Shown one piece after another: positions 25,030 through 36,799 of a stretch of DNA of 64,000 bases (positions within the stretch are counted from its first letter, which is position 1; the number at the start of each line of letters is the position of its first letter). Both the position numbers and the translations under genes were made by a program. The notes below the pieces were generated by a model. The model made no database searches. It worked only from the letters and a program-made list of their open reading frames with translations, and had not been told where the DNA came from. The stretch is from Haliotis rubra. Taxonomy: Eukaryota. The stretch covers positions 372,001 through 436,000 of the forward strand of contig NW_025767318.1 of assembly GCF_003918875.1 (NCBI RefSeq). Reading direction: 5' to 3'.

Positions 25030-27900
25030 TTTTCATCTTATCTAAATAAGAAAACAAAGGACAAATGTAATGAGTTAGAAACTAAAATAAGAGACTGTGA
25101 AGATACAATTTTCAAAACGTAGATGAAGCCTTACTATATGAACTTTCTAAATTAAAATCAGAACTACAACAAATTAAGGAAGAAGAGATACGAGGAATTC
25201 AACTCAGAAACAGAATTCTTGGTATGAAGAAGGGGAAAACCAACAAAATATTTCTGTCACTTAGAAAATAGGAATTATGTCAGCAAATCAATTAATAAAA
25301 TTATTACAGATAAGAATGACGAAATTACTGAAAGCGATGCAATCTTAAATGAACTTAAAGAGTTCTATAAAAAAATGTATTCTTCTGCTGAGAACTATGT
25401 AAATGATGCCTGTTTAGAAAGAGTGATAACTCCAACCTTGAGTCACCAACAGAGAGACAAATTGGAAAAAGAATTAGACATAAATGAAATATCATTGGCA
25501 ATAAAAAGTATGAAAAATAACAAAAGCCCCGATATAGATGGATTTCCAATTGATTTCTTTAAATTCTTCTGGAAAGAACTAAAGGTCTGGATTTTCAGAT
25601 TTACCAAAGATGTATCAAAAGGAAATAAGATGTCTCTTACCATGAAGAGAGGAGCTATGACTTGTATACCTAAAGCTAATAAACATAGGACCTTATTGAA
25701 GAACTGGAGACCAATTACTTTATTAAATGCTCTGTATAAATTAATCAGTGCATGTATCTCAAATCAGTTAAAATCTACCCTTGATTCCCTTATACATAAC
25801 AAGCAGACTGGATTTATACCTGGCAGAACATTAAGTGAAAACACAAGACTATTATATGACATTTTGTTTGAAACTAAGAAAAGAGACATGTCAGGTTTAT
25901 TATTTTTGATCGATTTCGAAAAAGCATTTGACAAAGTTTCCAAGGATTTTATCAATTCCGTCCAAATAAAATTTGGTTTTGGTCCAAAGATTATACCTTG
26001 GATTAATGTCTTAACATATGACACAACTTCATGTGTTATTCAGAATGGGCATCTCTCTGATTTCTTCCCAAATCAACGGGGTTGTAGGCAAGGGGATCCC
26101 ATATCTCCATATCTATTTCTTTTTGTTGCTGAAATCCTAGGATGTATGATAAGACAACATCAACTATAAAGGGTATTGTAATTGATGATCAAGAATACAA
26201 ATTAGGTCAATATGCAGATGACACTGAATTATTTTTGGATGGCTCAGATGAAAACTTGTATTCTGCTATAGACACACTTAATACATTTTACAATATGTCA
26301 GGACTAAAGATAAACATAGATAAGACTAGAGCAATCTGGATTGGATCAAAGGCTGGTAGCAGGGATATACTATGTCAGGATTTGAATATACAATGGCAAA
26401 GAAAACAATTTGAAGTATTAGGAATAAAGTTTACTCCGGATTTGAATGATTTATGGGTTATTAACACAAAGAAAAGACTAGAATAAAATTAATAGATTAC
26501 TAGCAACTTGGAGAAAAAGACATTTGACGCTGATAGGGAAAATTACTGTTATTAAGACATTGGCTCTTTCAAAATTAGTTCATAGTTTTAACACTTTACC
26601 TAACCCTTCAGAGGATTTTATCACCGTGCTTGAGAGAGGTTTTTTTAAATTCATCTGGAATGTCAAAAACGACAAAATCAAACGGAGCACTTTACAAAAA
26701 AGATATTAAAACGATTGTTAACGCCATGAAATGGGGCGGGAGGGGGCTTCATTGGATGATTGATACATTGTGTGAAGCCCATTGTTAACGCCATGAAATT
26801 GCTAAAAGCGGCGTCTCACACCCAAATTATACTATACTTAAAAACAAATCCTGGTAACCCATGCAACTTTCCTTTTGAGGATATGCTAAAATATGGAGCA
26901 AATTTTCAGAATATAGTTGCAGTTGATAATCTTGTATGGAAAGACGTATTAAAGGCATGGAGATTATATTGTATCAAAAATAATATAGATGCAGAGAACT
27001 TTAATGAAATCTTATCCCAACCTTTATGGCTGAATAACAATTTCAAAAACTCAAAAAACATAATTTGTCACTGGGCTAAAAGTGGAATCTTGACGATCAA
27101 AGATCTTTGTGATGAACATGGGTTTATATCCTTTGATAAAAAGAAGCTTAAATTTGATATAAAAGGTACTCACTTAGATCTTGGATATGTTATATATATT
27201 TTACCCGAACCTTGGAAAAAGACTTTAAAGGAATATAGATACATAAACATTAATGGCCTCACAATAACTTCACTCCAAAAGGATTTCATATCCCCAAGAA
27301 AAGGTTTAAGATTATTCTATGATAAATTGTTATCTGAAAATGTTAAACCTCACATGTGCCAAAAATGGGAAACATTATTTGACTGTATTGATTTTGATTG
27401 GCATTTAATTTTAATGTTTGTACACAGAATTTAGGAGATGTTAAACTGTTAGATTTTCAATATAAATTTCTGCATGGAATTGTTTATATCAAAAATGAAC
27501 TTTTTAGAATGAATCTGGTGGACAATACAATATGTTCTTTGTGTAATGATTCTGTTGAAACCTTATGCCATGTATATTGGGAATGTGATGAAACCAAAAC
27601 TTTCTGGAAGAAACTTGAACATCGGATTACGAAACGTATCCAAACACTTAATTTGACAAAATCTTTGATCTGGGTTGGCTTTTTAGGTAAGAATCCATTA
27701 CTGAACCACATAATCTTATCTACTAAAAGATATATTTACACTTGCTCTTTGAAAAAACAATTCCAAATGTTGATAATTACTTAAGGATATTGAGAGACAT
27801 ATTTACCACTGAATCATTTATCTCCAGAAGAAATAATAATGTTGAAAGCTTTTTAGCCAAATTGTTTCCTCTCATCCCTGACTTTAACCCTGAATGACTA
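25030..27900 (+). mobile_element. 5'-truncated L1/Tx1-clade LINE ORF2 pseudogene
   Basis: WRPITLLN, IDFEKAFD, GCRQGDPISPYLF, QYADDT and a C-terminal CSLC...HVYWEC zinc knuckle, broken across ORFs 25375-27784. Confidence 0.9.
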
Positions 27901-28149
27901 TTAAACAGAAACATATCACTGATATTGATATTCAATGTACTTAGTGTACTATATCGCCATTGAGCCCACTAGCAGCTATGTGCACACATTCCTCTATATG
28001 CTTGTACTCATCATGTTGGGACCAATAATAATACAAACTATAGGAAAGGGACGTATCCAACCCTCAATTTAACTAAGTCTCTGGATAACTTTACTGTTAA
28101 GGAATACTGAAATGACAACTCTAAAAGCAATACGGGAAACGGTAGTTTA

Positions 28150-28620
28150 TTCGGTGAAGCAAACATGACAAAAACTGACTCATTTTGTGGTGCTGATAGC
28201 TGTGGTCGTATGACGTTATCAAGCGAGTCTGCCCTACACTCCTCACGAAATCACATAGGTGTCAATAACCGAGAACAATGTCAACATATGGTGTAACCTC
28301 CGCCAACTGGGATAACATCCCTGATCATCCTCATCAGTGACTGTATCAGACGTTGAATTTGACGTTGAGGTCGTGCGTTCCGCTCTTGATAGAGAGCTTG
28401 TTCTGATGCATCAGGATTTTGTACTGCAGGGTCACTCTGGCGTATTTTGCGACCCATAGTGTCCCAAACATGCTCAATGAGATCTAGACTCCAGGGGGGG
28501 CAAGATTGATTTCCTAACGCCCCTTGCCTTATGAAATCACCAATGTCACGTGATGATGTGACCCAGTATTGTTGTCCATGAAGACTGGTCTTGTGTTCCG
28601 AGGATGGCCATCGAAATGTG
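28150..28620 (-). mobile_element. Tc1 transposase C-terminal remnant
   Basis: Reverse complement encodes IEHVWDTMGRKIR and QIQRLIQS...GGGYT. Confidence 0.7.
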
Positions 28621-28887
28621 GCACAACAACCCTCTCTAGCTTGTCCGAGATCTACCGCTGTTCATTCCGATATAGTCTGGCCATTACAAGGTCAAGTTTA
28701 CAGCTTATCATGTGAGAGGCGCCCGTACGATATCAATGAACTGGCTCCTAGATATTTTCTGCGGGGCCAAACACGACCTCGGCCATCAGTCATGACTAAT
28801 GGACCCTTCTTCCCCATGACGTAACATTCCAGTGACATCGGGCTGGACACTAAGCCAGTCGTGCTGCTTTGTACTCCAGAGATAATT

Positions 28888-29071
28888 GGGCGGTGGGGTA
28901 GCCAAGTAGTTGAGGCGTTTGCTCGTCACGCCGAGGACCCGGGTTCGATTTCCCACATGGGTACAATGTGTGAAGCCCATTTCTGGTGTCCCCCGCCATG
29001 ATATTGCTGGAATATTGCAAAATGCGGTGTAAATAAATCCACTCACACTCACACTCACACTCACTCACTCA
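28888..29071 (+). mobile_element. tRNA-derived SINE family 1
   Basis: Consensus head, body and (CACT)n-like tail. Confidence 0.85.
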
Positions 29072-29175
29072 CAAGCCCATCACTCTGGAGATAACAACAG
29101 ACGTTTTATATACATGGCCGATTTTGAGCAATTTCGTACAGTTCTGTTGGCCAAAGGTGGAATCCACTGTTTTTA

Positions 29176-29407
29176 GTGAGTGAGTGCGTGATATTGCCGC
29201 ATTCAGCAATATTCCAGCTATATGGCGGCGGTCTGTACATAATCGAGACAATCCAGTGATTAACAACATGTGCATCGATCTATGCAATTGGGAACCGATG
29301 ACATGTGTCAACCAAGTCAGCAAGCCTGACCACCTGATCCCGTTAATCGACTCTTAGGACAAGCATTGGTTACTGAAGATCAATTCTAACCCGGATCTTC
29401 ACGGGTC
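29176..29407 (-). mobile_element. Headless SINE-like retroposon family 2, full length
   Basis: Begins GACCCGTGAAGATCCGGG on minus strand; TSD CCACTGTTTTTA. Confidence 0.85.
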
Positions 29408-29491
29408 CACTGTTTTTAACATGACATGACATGATTAAGTCTTGTGAGTCTGACTCTCGGTGTTGTCACTCGTATTCGGCCTGAACGCTGA

Positions 29492-29653
29492 GGGCGGTAG
29501 GGTAGCCTAGTGGTTAAAACGTTGGCTCGTCACGCCGAAGACCTGGGTTCGATTCCCCACATGGGCACAATGCGTGAAGCCCATTTCTGGTGTCCCCCGC
29601 CGTGATATTGCTGGAATATTGCTAAGAGCGGCGTAAACATAAACTCACTCACT
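29492..29653 (+). mobile_element. tRNA-derived SINE family 1
   Basis: TSD CTGAACGCTGA. Confidence 0.9.
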
Positions 29654-30033
29654 CTGAACGCTGACAGTACTTAACGTGATTAGTTTGCGGAGTTTGTTTC
29701 TGGCCAATCGGCTGATAGTCGACGGACGGCAGTTGTCAGTTGTGGAGGCCTCATAATTATTATATGAATATAGATGGATGTATGAGGTTTAAAGATCATA
29801 GGTAGCTACACAGTAACATACAGGTTATATTGACACACAGCGTAGTGACGCACTCCCCAGAATACATTATGCCCATGTAACCATGGTGACTTCATCTTTG
29901 GGTTCAGAAATCGAACAATATAATATTTAATATCTTTGGCTGTTTCCACGTTAAGGTCAGTTCATCCCTTATGATGCAGTGCCGCCATTATATATGTTGT
30001 GAATGTCAAGATAGGCTTTCCAAAGAGACACGA

Positions 30034-30264
30034 GTGAGGGAGTTTAGTTTTACGCCGCACTCAGCACTATTTCAGCCGTCTGTAAATAATCGAGTCTGGA
30101 CCAGACAATCCAGTGATCAACAGCATGAGCATCGATCTATGCAATTGGGAACCGATGACATGTGTCAACCAAGTTAGCAAGCCTGACCACCCGATCCCGT
30201 TAGTCGCCTTTTGTGGCAAGCATGGGTTGCTGAAGACCTATTCTACCCCGGATCTTCACGGGTC
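30034..30264 (-). mobile_element. Retroposon family 2
   Basis: TSD CAAAGAGACACGA; same 5' end as the other copies. Confidence 0.85.
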
Positions 30265-30386
30265 TTCAAAGAGACACGAAGCTTCATTGTCGGTATGTCT
30301 GTACGTTGAAGCCGTTAGTGTCGGAATGATTTCAGGCAAATGTTATAGGCCTGCTCTAAGCTGTAGGTTTAATGCTAGTTCTCATA

Positions 30387-30675
30387 CAAAGCTTCAAGAC
30401 TAGTTCCATCCCCTTCAACAGCTTCAAGACTAGTTTCCCGTCAACAGCTTCAAGGCTAGTTTCCTATCAACAGCTTCAAGGCAAGTTTCCCTTCTACTAC
30501 CTTCAAGGCTAGTATCCCTTCAGCCGCTTCAATGCTAGTAACCCTTCAACAGCTTCAAAGCTAGTTTCCTATCAACAGCTTCTAGACTAGTTTCATCTTT
30601 TTTGTATTTGTCTTTATCATACTTCAACAGCTTCAATCGCGGGCTAGTATCTGTTTACCTTCAACAGCTTCATCT
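30387..30675. repeat. 25-bp minisatellite upstream of paralog B
   Basis: Unit CAACAGCTTCAAGACTAGTTCCCTT, degenerate; the same unit occurs upstream of paralog C. Confidence 0.85.
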
Positions 30676-31238
30676 TTTGTATCTGTCTTTATCATACATT
30701 TTTTCAATACAACTAGTAATATAGCAATATGAATGTGATAGTCAGTGCTGACACCAAGTTTTTATGAGAAGTATTTAATCTTGACATCACCCGATCCTCC
30801 GGTAACACCTGCACATCACTGTGGATCTATATATTTGCATTCCATTACTCTATGTTCGGTGCATTCCATTGATCTATGCACGGAGAGCACATGGCACGGA
30901 TGCAGGTCGAATTGCCACGCCAGGCTTCATAATAACAATTTCATTAATACTTTCAATTTACTGACATCTGTTCCAATGACACATTATACATGTAATTGTT
31001 CACATTGACTGATGGATTTACGTTTTGTTGCCAGTTATCATTTTGCGGACATTTTGTGTTTTACTAACATAGCACAGTGGGTTGTCTGACTTTAAGGTAA
31101 GATGTTGGTATGATTATAGTATACATTACGACACCACTGTGTTAGATTCTTTTGTCAAACAACTAAATGAAAGATTTCTTCTATATGTTCCAGTTTCTAT
31201 CACCACACCAGTTCCATTGATAGCTGAACTACTGGAAT

Positions 31239-31708
31239 ATGAACGATGTCAAGAGCTTCGAGAGTTATCAAGACGACGTTACCTTTCTCAAAACATGCCT
31301 TTATTTCATCAACAAAGAGATGGACATTGAACTAATGGCCAAGCAAGAAGGCAAAACAATGCTGCAGTACTTGAAACACATGGACAATGGCAATCAGGCA
31401 AGAGTAGTGTTTCCCCAAGGGATGAGTGTGGTGCAGGAATATAGAGAAGGGGCAAAGACCGGGGACAGCGTTCTGTACTTTGTGGGATTCATTGGCGAGA
31501 AGCTGGACACTGTGGATGAGCACGTTGTACAACAGATCTGGCAGATGGATGCTGTGCTTGTAGCTGAGTTGAACAGCCAGGAAGACATCTTGGTCTATTG
31601 CAGTGCAGAGAGAAGTCCTGGGGGTAACTGGGGGAACCTGGTGTTGTTACGACACCCCCGGGCCATACAGAAATGGAATCAACTCAAGATTCACGACCAT
31701 GCTATAAG
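31239..31708 (+). CDS. Uncharacterised protein family, paralog B, coding exon 1
   Basis: Open 470-nt exon MNDVKSF...GGNWGNLVLL...KIHDHAIR; upstream acceptor ttccag at 31193; donor ag|gtattt at 31709. Confidence 0.88.
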
Positions 31709-31937
31709 GTATTTACTATCTTACCATTCCCCTTACCCAATATAAGGGGCCGCGGGGTAGCCTAGTTATGAAAGCGTTCGCTCGTCACGCCAAAGACCCG
31801 GGTTCGAATCCCCACATGGGTACAATGTGTGAAGCCCATTTCTGGTGTCCCAGTGTCCTGTATTGGTAGGGTACTTATTTTTGTAATAAGATTAAATACA
31901 CAGTAGAGTGAAACGCCCATGTATATACTTAATTGAG

Positions 31938-32200
31938 GACCCGTGAAGATCCGGGGTAGAATAGGTCTTCAGCAACCCATGCTTGCCACAAAAGGCGACT
32001 ATGCTTGTCGTAAGAGGCGACTAACGGGATCGGGTGGTCAGGCTCGCTGACTTGGTTGACACATGTCATCGTATCCCAATTGCGCAGATCGATGCTCATG
32101 CTGTTGATCACTGGATTGTCTGGTCCAGACTCGATTATTTACAGACCACCGCCATATAGCTGGAATATTGCGGCGTAAAATTAAACTCACTCACTCACTC
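31938..32200 (+). mobile_element. Retroposon family 2, full length, in paralog B intron
   Basis: 11-bp TSD ACTTAATTGAG; (CACT)n tail. Preceded by a truncated family 1 SINE (31746-31850) and followed by a decayed family 2 copy (32250-32470). Confidence 0.9.
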
Positions 32201-33507
32201 ACTTAATTGAGTTTCAGTGATCAAGGCATGCTTAGTTCATTACTGCAGGAACACGTGAAGGTCCGGGTTTGTTAGCAGCCCATGCTTGTCGTACAAGGCG
32301 AGTAACGAGATTGGGTGGTCAGACTAGAGCATTTGTTTGATGCATATTATAGCATCCCACCTGTGTAGATCAATGGTCATAATGTCAAACACTTGATTGT
32401 CTGGTACCGTTTCAATCACAGACCGCCGCAATATTAGCTTGAATCTTACTGAGAGAGGCAAGGAACAGCTAACCAACAATCTCTATTTCTGGGTACAAAA
32501 CTCTTTATCATTAGTTTTCCTTAAATGGACGATATATAGGGCCCGTAAGTAGGTCACGACATAATGCGAGACCTTAGTACTTCCGGTGATAAAAAACGTT
32601 TTATGCCTTTTCGAATGGTCTCACGGTTGTCAGCTGACCGTAAGATACAGATAATCAGGAATAACAACTTTCCGATCTAACCATCCCTAAATTACCCAAC
32701 TATTACGACTGTCAACAGCTGTGGCAGCCAAGCATGGTTGTACACTTGGCCGGTCTAGTAAAGTCATATTTAGCGGTCGCGCAATTTGGAGCTAGAACTT
32801 GTTCTTGAATATGTGCTTGTCACCGGAAATTTGGTACCGGAAGTAAGCTGGGCCTCGTCTCGAATATCGCGCAAGTTGGCGCGCGCAAAGGGAGCAGGGA
32901 ACCAGCTTAGTACCGGAAGTAGCGCCTCGCGAGAAGGACAGACCCTATTCCGAAAGACGTAGCGACCATATTTCATGTAGTTCGTCATATAACCTTATTC
33001 ATGCTTTACCTCTCTTCATCTATTCCCATGGATGGAAAGAGTGCCTTCGTGTCCAAACTCATTGCCTAATTCCTTATCTCTACGTTTGTTTTGGTGGTAA
33101 TGTCGAAATGAAAATCAAGGGCGGGTAATCTACGGTCGAGAGAACAACGGGTAACGATCCAGGGTTAGTGTAGATTTATATGGATTCGACAGTGTACGAG
33201 GGCAAATTATGGCTGTCAGCATCTGCGGGTATTTTGAGTTTTTGTAAGGTTAATACTGTTCAAGAATTTAAAAATACGTAGAATCTTCTGTCGTTTCTGT
33301 TATATCAGCTCTGATAAACGTTTAACACAACTGAAAACCAACATTTGTCCTTTTTATGATTATTTATTCATTGTTCTCATATATTCTACAGGGATATATC
33401 TCCTGCCAACTACACGTCTATCAGCTCTGAGAAACGTTTAACACAACTGAAAACCAACATTTGTCCTTTTTATGATTATTTATTCATTGTTCTCATATAT
33501 TTTCCAG

Positions 33508-33706
33508 GGATATATCTCCTGCCTACTACACGTCTATAAGGATACATCGAGGAGTGCTGCCCCAGGGACTCGCCTCAGACAGGTTCACTATAGAGAGGAC
33601 GCTGTTCCTCAACTACGACAACATTAATCGAAGAGTACAACGTCGTCACATCGAGACGTGGCAGTCAACGCTCACAGATACAGCAACGTCGACCCGTTAT
33701 GCTTAA
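33508..33706 (+). CDS. Paralog B, coding exon 2
   Basis: tttccag|G DISPAYYTSIRIHRGVLPQGLASDRFTIERTLFLNYDNINRRVQRRHIETWQSTLTDTATSTRYA*; not in the ORF track. Confidence 0.88.
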
Positions 33707-34457
33707 TAATGTTACATATTTTTAAGCGCTCTCATTAAATTGCGATCTTTGTCAGACAGATGCAACAGAAGCTGTTCTTATTCATTTGCTGAACTTAAAC
33801 AAATGGAAGGCGAAAGTAAGTTTTTTCATGCTTTAAAGTTGGTTTAAAGTCAGTTATTCCCATATTAGGAAATACGTTTATTAGGACAATCAGGAAATTC
33901 GCAATTCCCGGCCACACAGGGTTTGACTGTAACATTCTCCGCTCATAAAGACCAAATCTAACCTAGCTGAATAGGGCTGCAATATACTCTATGTACCATC
34001 AGGGGTTGGAGGAAGGGTGAGCTGACGTCCTCATTCCGTTGGAATGTATTCTAGATTGGAGGCAGAGGCAGCAAACGGTTATCTGGATTTGAAGGAGACT
34101 CTCTCATTAGTACTTATCCACATGATAAAGCGTGTTAAGTTTAAAATCATGAATCATGTTTAAAGTCCGTTACATGGTTACACACTGCTTGAGTGTGTGA
34201 TACTTTAAAAAACTGTGATTGTCCGTGGGAACATTTTCTTTAAAATATATGACCTTTAACAGGCTTCTTTCTGCTTTCCTAAATAGTTCGTTCGAGAAAG
34301 CAGTGAAAATGGCTATTGTGGCTGATCAGGTCACAAATACACATCTCAGTTAGGACCCTGAGAGTTTAAAGATACAGCGGACAATGATTTATGTTTTCAG
34401 AAGGATTCAAGGTCATTTGTATTCAGGGCCGTTTATCAGGCGTGGCTGCATATATCT

Positions 34458-34521
34458 ATGTGTGTGCGTGCGTGCGTGCTTGCGTGCGTGCGTGCGTGCG
34501 TGCGTGTGTGTGTGTGTGTGT
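34458..34521. repeat. (GCGT)n/(GT)n microsatellite
   Basis: Direct inspection. Confidence 0.95.
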
Positions 34522-35519
34522 GGTCAGATAAGATATTATTGTCCTGTCCGAAAACAGTATTAACAGGAAACTACCCTGGGAAACCGAAAGCTGGAACGTT
34601 CAAGGTCGAAGCTGCATCAAGATCGATCACTGGTTCAGAACAGGCAGTTGCATCTGGGTTAATGAGTATTATCCAACACGTTTTTCATTTGTTGTTGTTG
34701 TGGGTAAAATCAGGAAATAGGCAGAACACCGTATGCCCGTGTGAGAAGTCAAATTAGGGACTGAAACCCCTTAGTTTGGCCTACCTCCCGAGTTCTATCC
34801 GATGTTGAGCTGCTGTTGCTGATGTTGAGTTGCCGAGCTGTGTATCAGTCAATTGTCAGAAGGTGAGATGCTCTGAAGGAATATAGCACCAGTTGTTTGT
34901 CACCTGGCTGGTATTCTACGTTGGCTGCTAGAGCTGGACTGATGCGCCAGACTCGGGTGAGGAATGGTGTTTCTCAGTGTCGTTGCAGATGTGGGACATT
35001 TACTGGAGACAAAACATACTGCTTTCTGGATTTTGACGACAGGCAAAACGGGGAATATTGAATGTCGATGTCTGACCGTAGGGAGTGCCACTGCAATGAA
35101 AACGATTTGGACAATATCAGTATGTTTCTAATTTAGTCGGATTGACCAAGTGTTGGAAGATGGCAGAAAAGATGGTGTTTTCTTGGAAATATCCCACAAG
35201 GTAATGTCGCAATGAAAAGTCGTAGAAGCTGGACTTGTCTCGCTCTTATAAGGTACAGTCACACATCTGGAAACTGCTCCCTGACGGATTTTCTCGAACA
35301 GTCAGGATAGTTCCAGACGTGCATCATTACAACAACCATAAAGTACTAGATGTCAAGGTCACTGCCCATTCCTTCCAGGTGATGCAGGATTGTGTTGTCG
35401 TCTTGCTCGGAATGTACCATGTTAGTCAGTTGGCAGGGTCATCAGACTCAGTAAGTCAGCTTAGCTGTCATCGTATGGCATGGTGACAATCAAGAATTGT
35501 TTGGTGCAGACTCCATTGT

Positions 35520-36790
35520 TTACACACAACGCACAACTGTACTGTCAACTGCTGAAAACAAATACATACTCCGTAACACTGCTGATGCAACAGCCTCATG
35601 ATGAGACCAATAACGGAAACAGTATTCCCGGATATGTGTGGAAGGAAACAGAAACTGGAAAATTCGGGACTTGCATATCTTCATCTCTAACTCAACTGAG
35701 CGTGGATGCTTCCCGTATGCCAGCTAACGACAACATCGACATTGTAGTTGGTAACCTCACCGACATTATTCAAAGCACTGCTGTGTTGTGTGATTTGGAA
35801 AGGAGACCTAAGTATAATAAATCTCATAACTCTACTGTATGGTACGACAGCGAATGTGAACTACTGAAATCACAGAAATTCAAATTATTAGACAATTTTA
35901 CACTACCTGGAAGTAAAGAGTTATTAAAGGAATATGTTCATGCAAGAAATAATTACAGATATTTATGCAGACAGAAAAAGAGAAAATTTTATACGAACAG
36001 TTCCAAATTCACAATTTAGTGGACAGTTCCAAGGACAGCAAAGTATTCTGGCAAAACCTAAATAAGATGACAAACAACAGGAAAAGCACACCCCTAATAA
36101 ATCAGGAACAGTAGACTGATTATTTTAAAGACACTTTTAACTTCACGGACAATACAGTGGATGAATCAAAACTAGAAGAAGCTGCCCATGCATTAGACAA
36201 CCACTGTGAACTCGACCACATGACATCATGTATTTACTGAACAGAGACGTATCGCTCCAAGATATTGAAGCAGCCATTAAAGACATGAAATCGGGTAAAG
36301 CAGCCGGTCCTCCGGGCGGTATTAAAGCAAAGATGGTGAAATTATGTGCTGATCTCTTAAGTCCATGTCTAGTCATTGTACGTAATATCATCCTAACCAA
36401 AGACGAATATCCTATTGAATGGACCAAGGGATCAATAGTACCACTGCTCAAGAAAGGCGACATTAACTCAGTCAACAACTACAGAAGTATCTCACCCGTG
36501 GACATTTTCGGAAAGATATTTTGCTTTATTCTAAACAACCGCCTACAAACATTTGCAACACTTTATGGCAAGATTCCAGGAGCTCAAGCAGGATTTTGGA
36601 AAAACTGCAACACAACTGATAATATTTTTACGTTACAATGTTTAATCCAGAAATACCCATCAAGGCGAGGTGGCAGATTTTATTCAATATTTGTGTTTGA
36701 ATTCTATGAAAGAAAACGTCTCTGGTATTCATTATTAAAGAATGATATTCATTGACGAATTCTTTACGTGCTAAAGAACATGTACTCCAA
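35520..36790 (+). mobile_element. Degenerate LINE ORF2 fragment (RTE-type)
   Basis: WYDSEC, GSIVPLLKKGD...NNYRSIS, QAGF...TTDNIFTLQCLIQKY. Confidence 0.75.
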
Positions 36791-36799
36791 AATCATGTC

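Noticed and set aside
25375-27784. Active LINE or domesticated RT gene
   Set aside because: Multiple stops and frameshifts, 5' truncation, and a SINE-like insertion near 26731-26822
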